From: Candidatus Hydrogenedentota bacterium
GTDB lineage: Bacteria; Hydrogenedentota; Hydrogenedentia; Hydrogenedentales; SLHB01
Assembly (NCBI GenBank): GCA_045863295.1
Contig: BTWA01000005.1
Coordinates: forward strand, 32,001 to 96,000
Length of the DNA stretch: 64,000 nt
Direction of reading: 5' to 3'
This document shows, piece by piece, positions 50,928 through 60,918 of this stretch (position 1 is its first letter; every line of letters begins with the position of its first letter). A program made the position numbers and the translations under genes. Under the pieces are notes generated by a model. The model was not told the origin of the DNA, did no database searches, and saw only the letters and a program-made list of their open reading frames with translations.

Positions 50928-52043
50928 CTAGAGCTGCGACGATCCGCGGTTTTTGAGTTCGGCCACGGTGTGGCGCACGTCTTGCGCGCGATCTTTGGGC
51001 AGCACGAGGACGGCGTCTTCGGTCACGACAACGATAAGATCGTCCACGCCCACCACGCCCACCGCCATCCGTTTTCCGCCGGGTTCATTGTAGACGATGC
51101 ACCCTTTCGCATCGTGCACCACGGGATCGCCCACGCACACGTTGCCACTGGCGTCTTTGGGATAGGAGCGATCGAGGGCGGTCCATGCGCCGACGTCGTC
51201 CCACGGGAAGTCGGCGCGCACGAGGGCGACTCGCTTCGCATGTTCCATCAACGCGTAATCGATGGAAATGTTTTCGAGGGACTCGAATAGCGATTTGGTT
51301 TCGGCCGCGTTCCCGGCGCGGATGGCCTCGGCCAACGCGCGGACCGTTGCCGCCATTTCGGGCCGGATGGCCTCGAGTTCCCGGAGGAACGCCGAGATCG
51401 TCCAGAAGAACATACCGGCGTTCCAGTAGTAGTTGCCTTGGAGAATAAAATCCTCGGCCTTTTCGCGGCTGGGTTTTTCATGGAAGGCGGTGACGCCGTA
51501 CGCGGTGATGCCGTTGATGGACAGCAACTCCTGGCCGGCCTGGATGTAGCCGTAGCCCGTTTCGGGGCGTGTGGGCTTGACGCCGAGCGTGGCGAGCCTG
51601 TTATCTCTCTCCGCCGTATCCATGGCGACGGCAACGGTGCGCCGGAACAGATCCGGTTCGCCAATGTGATGATCGGCGGTGGTCACGGCCATGGTGATGT
51701 TGTCACCGTTGCCGCCAAAGCGCGCGAGGAGACAGGCGGCGGCGTAGACCAGCGCGCCGGCGGTGTTGCGCTTGGCCGGTTCCGCGAGGATGTTGGCGCC
51801 AGGCAGGCCGAGATTTGCGTTGCGAATGGGATCGATCAGGTGTTCGCCCGTGACCACGAACACGCACTCGGACGGGATCAGGGGCGACAGCCGGTTCACG
51901 GCTTCGCCAAGCATGGTCTCGTCCGGGCTGGTCAGCTTGAGCAATTGCTTGGGCCGGGATTTGCGCGACACGGGCCAGAAGCGTTCGCCGGAACCGCCGG
52001 CCATGATGACACCTACGCGAATGGGTTTTTGTTGTGCGGACAT
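50928..52043 (-). CDS. manC: Mannose-1-phosphate guanylyltransferase
   Basis: GVIMAGGSGERFWPVSRKSRPKQLL, EPAKRNTA, PTRPETGYGYI, HEKP, WNAGMF, SIDYALME, WDDVGAW; ATG 52043 after GGGAG (the 1166-aa ORF is an antisense extension). Confidence 0.92.
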   Translation of the reverse strand: MSAQQKPIRVGVIMAGGSGERFWPVSRKSRPKQLLKLTSPDETMLGEAVNRLSPLIPSECVFVVTGEHLIDPIRNANLGLPGANILAEPAKRNTAGALVYAAACLLARFGGNGDNITMAVTTADHHIGEPDLFRRTVAVAMDTAERDNRLATLGVKPTRPETGYGYIQAGQELLSINGITAYGVTAFHEKPSREKAEDFILQGNYYWNAGMFFWTISAFLRELEAIRPEMAATVRALAEAIRAGNAAETKSLFESLENISIDYALMEHAKRVALVRADFPWDDVGAWTALDRSYPKDASGNVCVGDPVVHDAKGCIVYNEPGGKRMAVGVVGVDDLIVVVTEDAVLVLPKDRAQDVRHTVAELKNRGSSQL

Positions 52044-52190
52044 GGATACTCCCTGCGATTCAATTCCGTGAGGCCTGATGCCGCTTTGCGCCGTGCGTTG
52101 CCCGTCCTTGCGGACAGGGTACGATTTATCGTGGCCCGATATGCCATTATGGCTCAATTCACGGGGGCAATTCACACGAGGTTTGAAGCG

Positions 52191-54065
52191 ATGCGCAGAC
52201 GGCAATTCCTGAAAACGGCGGGGGCGGGTCTGGGGAGCCTGTGCGGACTTGCGCACTCGACGCCCGGGGGCGCGCCGCCCAATATCCTTTGGCTGACGTG
52301 CGAGGACATGAGCCCGAATCTCGGCTGCTACGGCGACGGCTTCGCGGCAACGCCGAACGTCGACGCATTCGCCACGCGGAGTCTGCGCTACACCCATTGC
52401 TGGTCGAACGCGCCGGTGTGCGCGCCCGCGCGCACCACGATCATCACGGGGATGTATCCGCCGAGCCTTGGCGCGGAACACATGCGGAGCAGCGTGGGGT
52501 TGCCGCCGGAGATCCGGCTGTATCCGCAATACCTTCGCGACGCGGGCTATTACTGCACCAACAACGTGAAGGAGGATTTCAATGTCGTGCCCAACGGCCC
52601 GGTGTGGGACGACGTGAGCAAGGATGCGCATTGGAAGAATGCCCCCGAGGGCAAACCGTTCTTCGCCATCTTCAATCAGACCTGCACGCATGAAAGCCAG
52701 ATCCGCACCCGGCCGCACCCGGCGATCAGCGATCCTGCCAAGGTGCCCGTGCCGCCGTATCATCCCGATGCGCCGGAAGTGCGGCAGGATTGGGCGCAGT
52801 ATTACGACAACATCCGCGAGATGGATGCGTGGGTGGGCGAGCGGCTGAAGGAATTGGAAGAGGCCGGGCTGGCGGACGACACGATCGTGTTTTTCTACAG
52901 CGATCACGGATCGGGCATGCCGCGAAGCAAGCGATGGTTGTATCAATCGGGGTTGCATGTGCCGATGATCGTGCACGTGCCCGAGAAGTTCCGGCATCTC
53001 GCGCCGGAAGGCTATGAGGCCCATGCAGTCAGCGATCGATTGATTGGCTTTGTCGATCTTGCGCCCACCGTGCTGAGCCTTGCGGGCCTGACCGCGCCGG
53101 AGCATATGCAGGGCGCGGCGTTCATGGGGGCGCATGCGAAACCGGAACCGGCGCATCTGTACGGGTTCCGCGGGCGCATGGACGAGCGGCCCGATTTGTC
53201 GCGGGCCGTGCGCGACAAGAACTATTTGTATATTCGAAACTATATGCCGCACCGGCCGCAGGGACAGCATCAGGCGTACATGTTCGAAACGCCCACGACG
53301 GCGGTGTGGAAGCGCATGTACGACGAGGGGAAACTGGACACGCATCAGCGCCGCTTCTGGGAAGCGAAAGCGCCGGAGGAGTTGTACGATCTCGCGGCCG
53401 ATCCGTTTCAATTGACGAATCTCGCGGGGCGGGACACCTCCAAGGACGTGCTGGAGGGGTTGCGGCAGGCGCACAGGCAGTGGGCGATCGCGTCGCGCGA
53501 TTTGTCTCTGCTGCCGGAACCGGAAATGCTGGCGATGGGCGCGGAAAGCACGCCGTACGCCGCGGCGCAGGATCCTGATGCGTATCCGATCGAGGATGTG
53601 CTTGCCATGGCGGATCGGGCGGCGGGGTTCGACTCGGACGCGATTCGCGATCTGGTGCGCGGGATGAGCGATGCCACCCGCGCGGTGCGGTTCTGGGCCG
53701 CGACCGGGTTGACGATTCGCGGCGCGGAGGCCGTGGCGGCGGGGCGCGAGGACCTGCGCCGGGCGATGGCCGAAGACGTTTCGCATGCGGTGCGCACGGC
53801 GGCGGCGGAAGCGCTCGGACTGCATGGCAACGAAGAGGACGTGTCCGCCGCGTTGTCCGTCCTGATCGAATTGGCGGATGCGAGGAAGCACGGCTACCTC
53901 GCGGCGCTGCCCGCGGTGGATGCGCTGGACCGGATGGACGGGAAGGCCAAGCCCGCCGCGGACGCCATCGCGAAACTCGTCGAGGGTGAATCCGTAGCGC
54001 CGGAACGCAGCAGCACGTACCTTAAGCGGATCGTGGACAAGGCAATGGCGGATTTGGCGGACTGA
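52191..54065 (+). CDS. Tat-exported Cys-type sulfatase with C-terminal HEAT repeats
   Basis: MRRRQFLK, PNILWLTCED, CAPAR (CxPxR), SDHG, EELYDL; helical HEAT-like C-terminus. Confidence 0.9.
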   Translation: MRRRQFLKTAGAGLGSLCGLAHSTPGGAPPNILWLTCEDMSPNLGCYGDGFAATPNVDAFATRSLRYTHCWSNAPVCAPARTTIITGMYPPSLGAEHMRSSVGLPPEIRLYPQYLRDAGYYCTNNVKEDFNVVPNGPVWDDVSKDAHWKNAPEGKPFFAIFNQTCTHESQIRTRPHPAISDPAKVPVPPYHPDAPEVRQDWAQYYDNIREMDAWVGERLKELEEAGLADDTIVFFYSDHGSGMPRSKRWLYQSGLHVPMIVHVPEKFRHLAPEGYEAHAVSDRLIGFVDLAPTVLSLAGLTAPEHMQGAAFMGAHAKPEPAHLYGFRGRMDERPDLSRAVRDKNYLYIRNYMPHRPQGQHQAYMFETPTTAVWKRMYDEGKLDTHQRRFWEAKAPEELYDLAADPFQLTNLAGRDTSKDVLEGLRQAHRQWAIASRDLSLLPEPEMLAMGAESTPYAAAQDPDAYPIEDVLAMADRAAGFDSDAIRDLVRGMSDATRAVRFWAATGLTIRGAEAVAAGREDLRRAMAEDVSHAVRTAAAEALGLHGNEEDVSAALSVLIELADARKHGYLAALPAVDALDRMDGKAKPAADAIAKLVEGESVAPERSSTYLKRIVDKAMADLAD

Positions 54066-54080
54066 GCGCGCGAGGGTTTC

Positions 54081-54626
54081 ATGCATATCCAATACGAGAT
54101 GACCGTGGACGATATTGTCGATGCGCAGATCCGGAGCATCCGGCGATCGGGCGTGCATCAGCAGTGGCGCGTCGAGTCGGCGGTATACATGGCCTTCATT
54201 TCGGCGTTGCTGGTGCTTGTGCTGGTGCGCGATCCGATTGTTGTGGCGGTATTCATGGCCGTCGCCGCGGGTGTACTCGGGGCTATTCTCCAATGGTTCG
54301 TCTATGAAGGTTCCATGCGCAAACGCATGAAGAAGTATGTGCTGGAGGCGTACAAAGGCAATGCTCCGAAATTGTTTCAGGTGGAATTGCGGCCCGATGC
54401 CATTTGGACGCAATCCGGCTACACGCAAATTGTCTTCGACTGGCGCGATGTGAACGAGATTGTGGAAGACGAAGAGGTCATCGAATTCCTGATGAACGGC
54501 GGCTACTTCCTAGTGCGGAAAGCGCGCCTAAGCAGCGCCACCACCGCCGCCGATTTCGTCGCCCTCGCCAAACGTTACCTTCTCCAATCCAAGAGCACGA
54601 CCCCGCCGCCGGTGTCCGGGAACTAA
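54081..54626 (+). CDS. Two-TM membrane protein, YcxB-like
   Basis: Two N-terminal TMs followed by a soluble PH-like region (FDWRDVNEIVED). Confidence 0.6.
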   Translation: MHIQYEMTVDDIVDAQIRSIRRSGVHQQWRVESAVYMAFISALLVLVLVRDPIVVAVFMAVAAGVLGAILQWFVYEGSMRKRMKKYVLEAYKGNAPKLFQVELRPDAIWTQSGYTQIVFDWRDVNEIVEDEEVIEFLMNGGYFLVRKARLSSATTAADFVALAKRYLLQSKSTTPPPVSGN

Positions 54627-54887
54627 AGCCGGAGCGGCCTATTTCGTATCGGGCCCGTTCGTGCGTTGGAGTTGTCTCCTATTAAATACCCGCAGCTTGT
54701 TGCATCGTGGGGCGCATTTTGTTAGCGGATTTGGAACAAGGGGTTTTTCGGGCGGTTCACCTTATTCGTAGAGCGTGTACAGGCCGGGCTCGTTCCGGCG
54801 CGTGGGGTACGAAACGCTTGTCTTGTAATCCACGAGAACGGCGAAACTCAAGAGTGGAAAATGAGGAGACCATTCTGGTCCGGGTGC

Positions 54888-54913
54888 GTGCCGGGGTCGG
54901 GAAACCCCGGCAC
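54888..54913. repeat. Palindromic repeat at the breakpoint of a gene remnant
   Basis: GTGCCGGGGT-cgggaa-ACCCCGGCAC, perfect 10-bp stem. Confidence 0.6.
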
Positions 54914-54922
54914 AACGGGGGA

Positions 54923-55507
54923 CTGCTTTTGTTTGCGCCTGGGGAGGGGTATGAATACACGACGCACGGGTATCTATTGCTGGGCGCCGCGGTGGAGTAG
55001 GCCGCGGACATGCCGTTGCGGGAATACCTGCGCCATCATGTGTGGGAACCGGCGGGGATGTCGTCCACGGACTTCGAAACCTTTGGGAAGCCGCTTCCCA
55101 ATCAGGCCGTGGGGTATAGCCATGGCAACGGGAAAGTCGTGGTGGCGAAGAAGACCAACGTGAGCAGCAAGTATCCCGGGGGCGGGATGGTTTCGACGGC
55201 GGAGGATCTGGTGCGGTTCGCGGCGAAGTTGCAGGACGGCACTTTGGTGAAGGCGGAGACCTTTGAGTCGATGCTGGTCCCTCCGCGCCTTCCCGCGCCG
55301 AAAAAGTCGAGCTATGGGTTTGGGTTCAGCGTGAGCAAGGAACCGGAGTACGGGCGGGTCGTATCGCACTCCGGGGAGATCGTGGGGGCGTGCACGCACC
55401 TGCGGATCCTTCGCGATCATGGAATTGTCGTGGCGGTCATTTCGAACACGCGGGAGGACAGCGTAAGAGACGTGGCTGTGTCGATCGGCAAGCTGGCGAT
55501 GGATTGA
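54923..55507 (+). pseudogene. 5'-truncated serine hydrolase (AmpC/beta-lactamase family) with an in-frame TAG at 54998-55000
   Basis: LLFAPGEGYEYTTHGYLLLGAAVE*AADMPLREYL...PGGGMVSTAEDLVRF...YGFGF...HSG read in one frame; SxxK motif absent. Confidence 0.8.
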
Positions 55508-55696
55508 ATGCCCGCATAACGCGGTATTGAAGTTATTTTGCCGAGGGCTGGCATCGTTTGGTATTCTGTCTGGATACAGTAAAAAGAAGGATTTGAATCT
55601 TGGTATGGACGGAGCGGTCCGGCCTGGATTGGTTGGTTTGGCGTAAGGCGCTGTGATACAAGCCGTTGCAGGTGAAAGGCTTAGCCCTTGCCGGGA

Positions 55697-55725
55697 TTGT
55701 CCGGGGGGGTGGCGTGTGTTATGAT
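55697..55725 (+). promoter_or_regulatory. Putative sigma70 promoter of ftsH
   Basis: TTGTCC-17-TATGAT with extended TGTG; spacer contains G7. Confidence 0.5.
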
Positions 55726-55790
55726 TGCAGCGGCATGGGCCCGTAGTTTGGCCGTAATCGATTGTCCGTGAAAAGGATACCTACCATCTC

Positions 55791-57758
55791 ATGAGCGGTT
55801 TTGTGAAGCAAGTCTCGCTGTGGATCGTGTTGTTGATCATTCTGGTGTTGCTGCTGACGCAGTTGTCGAACAATCAGGCGACGAAGGAAGTGCTTTCGCC
55901 GCGCGACTTTGCCGAGCAGCTTACGGCGAAGAATATCGGCGACAAGGTGACGGCGACGGTTATGGGGACGAACCTGTACCGGTTCAAGGCGGATTTCAAG
56001 CAGGAGTACCGGGGCCACAAGTCCATTACCTTTAACTACCACCGGGTTCCGGAAGAGTGGGAAAAGGAGATGGAGGCGCAGGGGATCAACCTGAATGTCG
56101 AGGATCAGCCGGTGTTGTTGTACAACCTGCTGACCGGGATCCTTCCGATTATCATTATCTTCGCCATTTTCTGGTTCTTCATGATCCGGCAGATGCAGGG
56201 CGGGAACAACAAGGCGCTTTCGTTTGGCAAGAGCCGGGCGCGTCTGGTGAACCACAGCGACAAGGTGGTGACGTTCAACGACGTGGCGGGAGTGGACGAG
56301 GCGAAGGAAGAGTTGCAGGAGATCATTGAGTTCCTGCGCGATCCGAAGAAGTTTTCGCGTCTGGGCGGCAAGATTCCGAAGGGTGTGCTGCTGGTGGGGC
56401 CTCCGGGGTCTGGCAAGACGTTGTTGGCGCGAGCGGTGGCGGGCGAGGCGCACGTGCCGTTTTTCAGCATCAGCGGTTCGGATTTCGTGGAGATGTTCGT
56501 GGGCGTGGGCGCGAGCCGCGTTCGCGATTTGTTTCAGCAGGGCCAGAAGCATGCGCCGTGCATTATCTTCATTGATGAAATTGACGCGGTGGGCCGGCAG
56601 CGAGGCGCGGGCCTTGGCGGCGGCCATGATGAGCGGGAGCAGACGCTGAACCAGTTGCTCGTGGAAATGGACGGGTTCAACACGAGCGAAGGCGTGATAT
56701 TGATGGCGGCCACGAACCGGCCGGATGTGTTGGACAAGGCGTTGCTGCGGCCGGGCCGGTTTGACCGGCAGGTGGTGGTGGCGAATCCGGATATCCGCGG
56801 GCGCGAGGCGATACTACATATTCACATCCGCAACAACGGAGTGCCGTTGGACGAGACCGTGGCGGTGACGACGCTGGCGCGCGGCACGTCGGGATTTTCG
56901 GGCGCGGATTTGGCGAACATGGTGAATGAAGCGGCGCTTCTTGCGGCGCGGCGCAGCCAGGACAAGGTGACGATGCAGGACTTTGAGGACGCGAAAGATC
57001 GCGTGCTGATGGGTCCGGAGCGGCGGAGCCTGGTGCTGAGCGCGGCGGAGAAGCGGAACACCGCGTATCACGAAGCGGGGCATACGCTGATAGGGCGGTT
57101 GTTGCCGGATGCGGATCCAGTGCACAAGGTGACGATTATTCCGCGTGGTCCGTCATTGGGTTTGACGAGTATGCTGCCGACGGAAGACCGGCATTGCATT
57201 TCGAAGGCGTATTGTCTTGCGGCATTACGCGTGGCGATGGGCGGGCGCGCGGCGGAAGAGATCATATTCGGTATGTTCAGCAGCGGCGCTTCAAACGATT
57301 TGAAGCGGTCGACGGAATTGGCGCATGCGATGGTGTGCCAGTGGGGCATGAGCGACCTCGGGCCGATTTCGTTCGGCACGAACGCGGAAGTGTTCCTTGG
57401 GCGGGACATCGTGCGCGAGCGCGATTACAGCGAAGAGACGGCGTCGGCGGTGGACAAGGCGATTCACCGGTTTCTCGAAGATGCCTATACGGATGCGAAG
57501 CGGTTGCTGGAAGAGCACAAGGATTTGTTGATCGCGATTGCCGAAGGACTGGTGGAGCGCGAGACGCTGGATTCGGAAGAAATCGATGACACCATTCGTA
57601 AGAATGGCGGATCGCATCTCCTGCCCGAGCCAGTGAAGAAAGAAACCGTGCCGGTAGTCAAACGCCCAGCCGAAGTTGCGCGTCCGGTGCGTCCGGTGGA
57701 TGAAGGCGAGCGCGGGCTGGACATTGGACCGGGCGAGATCTTGCCGGGCACGGCGTGA
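55791..57758 (+). CDS. ftsH: ATP-dependent zinc metalloprotease FtsH
   Basis: Two TMs, [37 protein letters not shown]. Confidence 0.97.
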   Translation: MSGFVKQVSLWIVLLIILVLLLTQLSNNQATKEVLSPRDFAEQLTAKNIGDKVTATVMGTNLYRFKADFKQEYRGHKSITFNYHRVPEEWEKEMEAQGINLNVEDQPVLLYNLLTGILPIIIIFAIFWFFMIRQMQGGNNKALSFGKSRARLVNHSDKVVTFNDVAGVDEAKEELQEIIEFLRDPKKFSRLGGKIPKGVLLVGPPGSGKTLLARAVAGEAHVPFFSISGSDFVEMFVGVGASRVRDLFQQGQKHAPCIIFIDEIDAVGRQRGAGLGGGHDEREQTLNQLLVEMDGFNTSEGVILMAATNRPDVLDKALLRPGRFDRQVVVANPDIRGREAILHIHIRNNGVPLDETVAVTTLARGTSGFSGADLANMVNEAALLAARRSQDKVTMQDFEDAKDRVLMGPERRSLVLSAAEKRNTAYHEAGHTLIGRLLPDADPVHKVTIIPRGPSLGLTSMLPTEDRHCISKAYCLAALRVAMGGRAAEEIIFGMFSSGASNDLKRSTELAHAMVCQWGMSDLGPISFGTNAEVFLGRDIVRERDYSEETASAVDKAIHRFLEDAYTDAKRLLEEHKDLLIAIAEGLVERETLDSEEIDDTIRKNGGSHLLPEPVKKETVPVVKRPAEVARPVRPVDEGERGLDIGPGEILPGTA

Positions 57759-57895
57759 GTCCTGACTGGGGACGGCGTTGTGCCGCGTTTGATTCCGGCC
57801 TGCTGCCGCGATGGTGAAGTCACTTTCGAGTCAGCGCGCTTTGGAACGAGGGCCGCGCGTTTATGAGCTTTCCACACGTGGAACGGACGCGGCAG

Positions 57896-57918
57896 GTTCC
57901 CGCCTTCGCGGGAATGAC
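57896..57918 (+). repeat. dRS3-like palindromic repeat, copy 2, overlapping the folP 5' end
   Basis: GTTCCCGCCTTCGCGGGAATGAC; its ATG at 57914 is in frame with folP. Confidence 0.65.
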
Positions 57919-58747
57919 GGCCGCGTCTACTTCCAGTACACTTATTATGGGCGTGATGAATATCACGCCCGATTCTTTTTTTGACGGGGGACGGATTCAA
58001 TCGCCGGAGGAGGCCGCGACGCGTGCGCGGCAACTTATCGCGGATGGGGCGGATATCCTCGACGTGGGCGCGGAATCGACGCGGCCGGGAGCGGAGCCGG
58101 TGAGCGCGGAGGCGGAATGGGCCCGTTTGGCGCCGGTGTTGGAGGCCTTGTGCGCAATCGATAGCGCGCGCGTTTCTGTGGATACGTACAAGGCCGAGGT
58201 GGCGCGAAAGGCCATTTCGTCTGGCGCTTCGATGGTCAATGACATTAGCGGGTTGCGCGGCGATCCGGCGATGGCGGAGACGGTGGCGGAGGCGGGTTGC
58301 GAATGTGTGATCATGCACATGCAGGGCGCGCCCAAGACGATGCAAGAGGCTCCGCGCTATGACGACGTGGTGGGGGATATCAAGGCGTTCTTCGAAGAGC
58401 GCATCGCCTATGCCGAAGCTCAGGGCATCCGGCGGGAACGGATCTGGATCGATCCGGGATTCGGTTTCGGCAAGACGCCGCCGCAGAACCTCGAACTGAT
58501 TCGCCGCTTGCGCGAGTTTAAGGTGTTTGGCGTTCCCATTCTGGTTGGCACTTCCAACAAATCGACGATTGGCGCGGTGCTCGATGTGCCTGTGCATGAG
58601 CGGATGGAAGGCACGGCGGCGACGGTGGCCATTTCAATATGGAATGGGGCGGATGCGGTGCGCGTGCATGATGTGAAAGCGATGGCACGCGTGGCGAAGA
58701 TGACGGATGCGCTTGCGCGGGTGCAGATCATTTCCGATCAATTATGA
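57914..58747 (+). CDS. folP: Dihydropteroate synthase
   Basis: MGVMNITPDSFFDGG, GAESTRPG, DPGFGFGK, SNKS, RVHDV; start 57914 or 57863. Confidence 0.95.
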   Translation: MTAASTSSTLIMGVMNITPDSFFDGGRIQSPEEAATRARQLIADGADILDVGAESTRPGAEPVSAEAEWARLAPVLEALCAIDSARVSVDTYKAEVARKAISSGASMVNDISGLRGDPAMAETVAEAGCECVIMHMQGAPKTMQEAPRYDDVVGDIKAFFEERIAYAEAQGIRRERIWIDPGFGFGKTPPQNLELIRRLREFKVFGVPILVGTSNKSTIGAVLDVPVHERMEGTAATVAISIWNGADAVRVHDVKAMARVAKMTDALARVQIISDQL

Positions 58748-58805
58748 AACTCAGGGCGTTCTCCCTTGTGCTATCATGAAAGTGGATGAATTGAGGCGGA
58801 ATGCC

Positions 58806-59456
58806 ATGCGGCCGTTACTCCTCTCAATGACTTTGCTGGTCTTCCTCGCGGGCTGCGACGGATCGATTGCCGATGTCGAAGCCGCGAAGACATTTCCAAT
58901 TCCGTTAAACGTTGACTCGCCTACTGACGGTTATTGTCTGCGACTTCCTGCCGATCCACTCATCGCGTATCCGAGGGAGCTCCCGGACTTGCGTCGAACC
59001 GCCGAGGGGTCGAGTCCTTACGGAAAACCCGAAAGCGGTGGAATTCGAATCGCCGTTTCCGCCAACGCCAACCAACTTTTTGACGAGAAGTATCAGGGCC
59101 GGGAAGTGGAGATTCTGAACGAGTCCGACACTATCAAGAAAGTGCCTGTGCATGATTTCCGCCTTTGGATGGTTCAAGAGGCGTTGGACGGTGAAGGTCA
59201 ATGGCGCCCCATTGAGCGTCTGCGGCTAAGCGGGTGTGGGCTGAGCGATTTTCACGCCGCTCTTGCGCCGGGTCAGTACTGGGTCCTGACTGTACCGGTT
59301 TACGAAGGCGAAATTCGGACTTGGCTGCGAATTCGATTGGAGTTGTACGATAGTGAAGTCGTTTACTCCGAGCCCTATCTTGGAGGCGTTAATCCAGGGC
59401 AGTTTTTGCCTGCGGAAACAATCAGTGGTCCAAGGGACACCACTGCGTCTTCATGA
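58806..59456 (+). CDS. Hypothetical lipoprotein
   Basis: MRPLLLSMTLLVFLAG-C lipobox; GAGG RBS; start moved from 58707. Confidence 0.72.
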   Translation: MRPLLLSMTLLVFLAGCDGSIADVEAAKTFPIPLNVDSPTDGYCLRLPADPLIAYPRELPDLRRTAEGSSPYGKPESGGIRIAVSANANQLFDEKYQGREVEILNESDTIKKVPVHDFRLWMVQEALDGEGQWRPIERLRLSGCGLSDFHAALAPGQYWVLTVPVYEGEIRTWLRIRLELYDSEVVYSEPYLGGVNPGQFLPAETISGPRDTTASS

Positions 59457-59565
59457 GCAATCGCTGTGCATGTCATTGACGCGTGTTTTCCGCTAGAATG
59501 ATCCTTGATCTTGGCATGGGTTGGTGCCGGGCAGTATAGGCAGCGTACAGGGAAATTGACGGGCA

Positions 59566-60909
59566 ATGATAAAAGAGCGGCTATTCGGCACGGACGGGAT
59601 ACGCGGGGTGGCGAATCAGCACCCGATGACGGCGGAGGTGGCGCTTCGCGTGGGTCGCGCGGTGGGGTATATCTTTCAGAAGGAAGACCGACCCTATACG
59701 ATTCTCATTGGGAAGGACACGCGCATCTCCGGGTACATGATCGAGAACGCGCTGACGGCCGGGCTGTGTTCGATGGGGTGCCATGTGTTGCTGGTGGGGC
59801 CGCTTCCGACGCCTGGCGTTTCGTACATTATGCGGAGTCTGCGGTGCGACGCGGCGATCATGATTTCCGCGTCCCACAATGAATACCACTACAACGGCAT
59901 CAAGTTTTTCGGAAGCGACGGCTATAAGATTGCGGATGAAGTGGAAGACGAGATCCAGCGGCTGGTTCAGAACGGCGAGTTGGACAATGTTGGGCCCATT
60001 GCCGAGCGGGTGGGCACGGCGCGGCGCATCGATGATGCGGTGGGACGGTACGTGGAGTTCGCGAAATCGTCTTTTCCCAAGGGCATGCGTCTGGATGGGC
60101 TCCGCATTGTGTGCGACTGCGCGAACGGCGCTTCGTACAAGGTGGGGCCGTATACGCTGTCGGAACTTGGGGCGGAAGTGATTCCGATTCACAACCAGCC
60201 CAATGGCAGGAACATCAATGCGGAATGCGGGTCCGTGTATCCCGACGACATGCGCGCGACGGTGATCAAGGAGCGCGCTGACCTGGGCCTATGTTTTGAC
60301 GGTGATGGCGACCGGCTGGTGATGTCCGATGAAGAAGGCCGGTTGCTTGATGGGAACGCCATACTCTCCATGCTGGCGGTGGACCTGCTTGAACGGGATG
60401 CGATGCCCAAGAAGATGCTGGCGACGACGATCATGGCGAATGGCGGATTGCATCGGGCGATCGCGCCGTACGGCGGGTCGGTGGTGTGGACCAAGGTGGG
60501 CGACCGGTATGTGGTGGAAGCGATGCGCGAGCACGGGTTGGTGCTCGGGGGCGAGTCTTCCGGGCATCTGGTGATGCTGGAACACAATGTGACGGGCGAT
60601 GCGTTGATTGCCTGCCTGCAAGTGCTTGCGGCGCTTATTCGTCATGACCAGCCATTGTCGGCGCTGGGTGCGGCGTACCGGCCCATGCCGGAGGCTCATG
60701 CAAAGGTGCCGGTGAACGGGGCAAAGCCGAGTGACGAGAAGATTGCGGCGTTGTCGCAGGAAGCTGAAGACGACCTGAAGGGTGCGGGGCGTGTGGTTAT
60801 TCGCGCGTCGGGCACGGAACCGATTATCCGGGTGATGGTTCAACACGACACGCAACGCGTGGCCGATGAGTTGGTAAAGGTTTTGGCGGACCGAGTGGCG
60901 AAGTTGTAG
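59566..60909 (+). CDS. glmM: Phosphoglucosamine mutase
   Basis: FGTDGIRG, GKDTRISG, ISASHN, DGDGDR, GGESSGH, RASGTEP; ftsH-folP-glmM synteny. Confidence 0.95.
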   Translation: MIKERLFGTDGIRGVANQHPMTAEVALRVGRAVGYIFQKEDRPYTILIGKDTRISGYMIENALTAGLCSMGCHVLLVGPLPTPGVSYIMRSLRCDAAIMISASHNEYHYNGIKFFGSDGYKIADEVEDEIQRLVQNGELDNVGPIAERVGTARRIDDAVGRYVEFAKSSFPKGMRLDGLRIVCDCANGASYKVGPYTLSELGAEVIPIHNQPNGRNINAECGSVYPDDMRATVIKERADLGLCFDGDGDRLVMSDEEGRLLDGNAILSMLAVDLLERDAMPKKMLATTIMANGGLHRAIAPYGGSVVWTKVGDRYVVEAMREHGLVLGGESSGHLVMLEHNVTGDALIACLQVLAALIRHDQPLSALGAAYRPMPEAHAKVPVNGAKPSDEKIAALSQEAEDDLKGAGRVVIRASGTEPIIRVMVQHDTQRVADELVKVLADRVAKL

Positions 60910-60918
60910 GCAGAGATC

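Noticed and set aside
50928..54428. 1166-aa minus ORF and 875-aa plus ORF overlapping head to head
   Set aside because: Stop-free antisense frames in GC-rich DNA; the real genes are manC (start 52043) and the sulfatase (start 52191), each with a family N-terminus.
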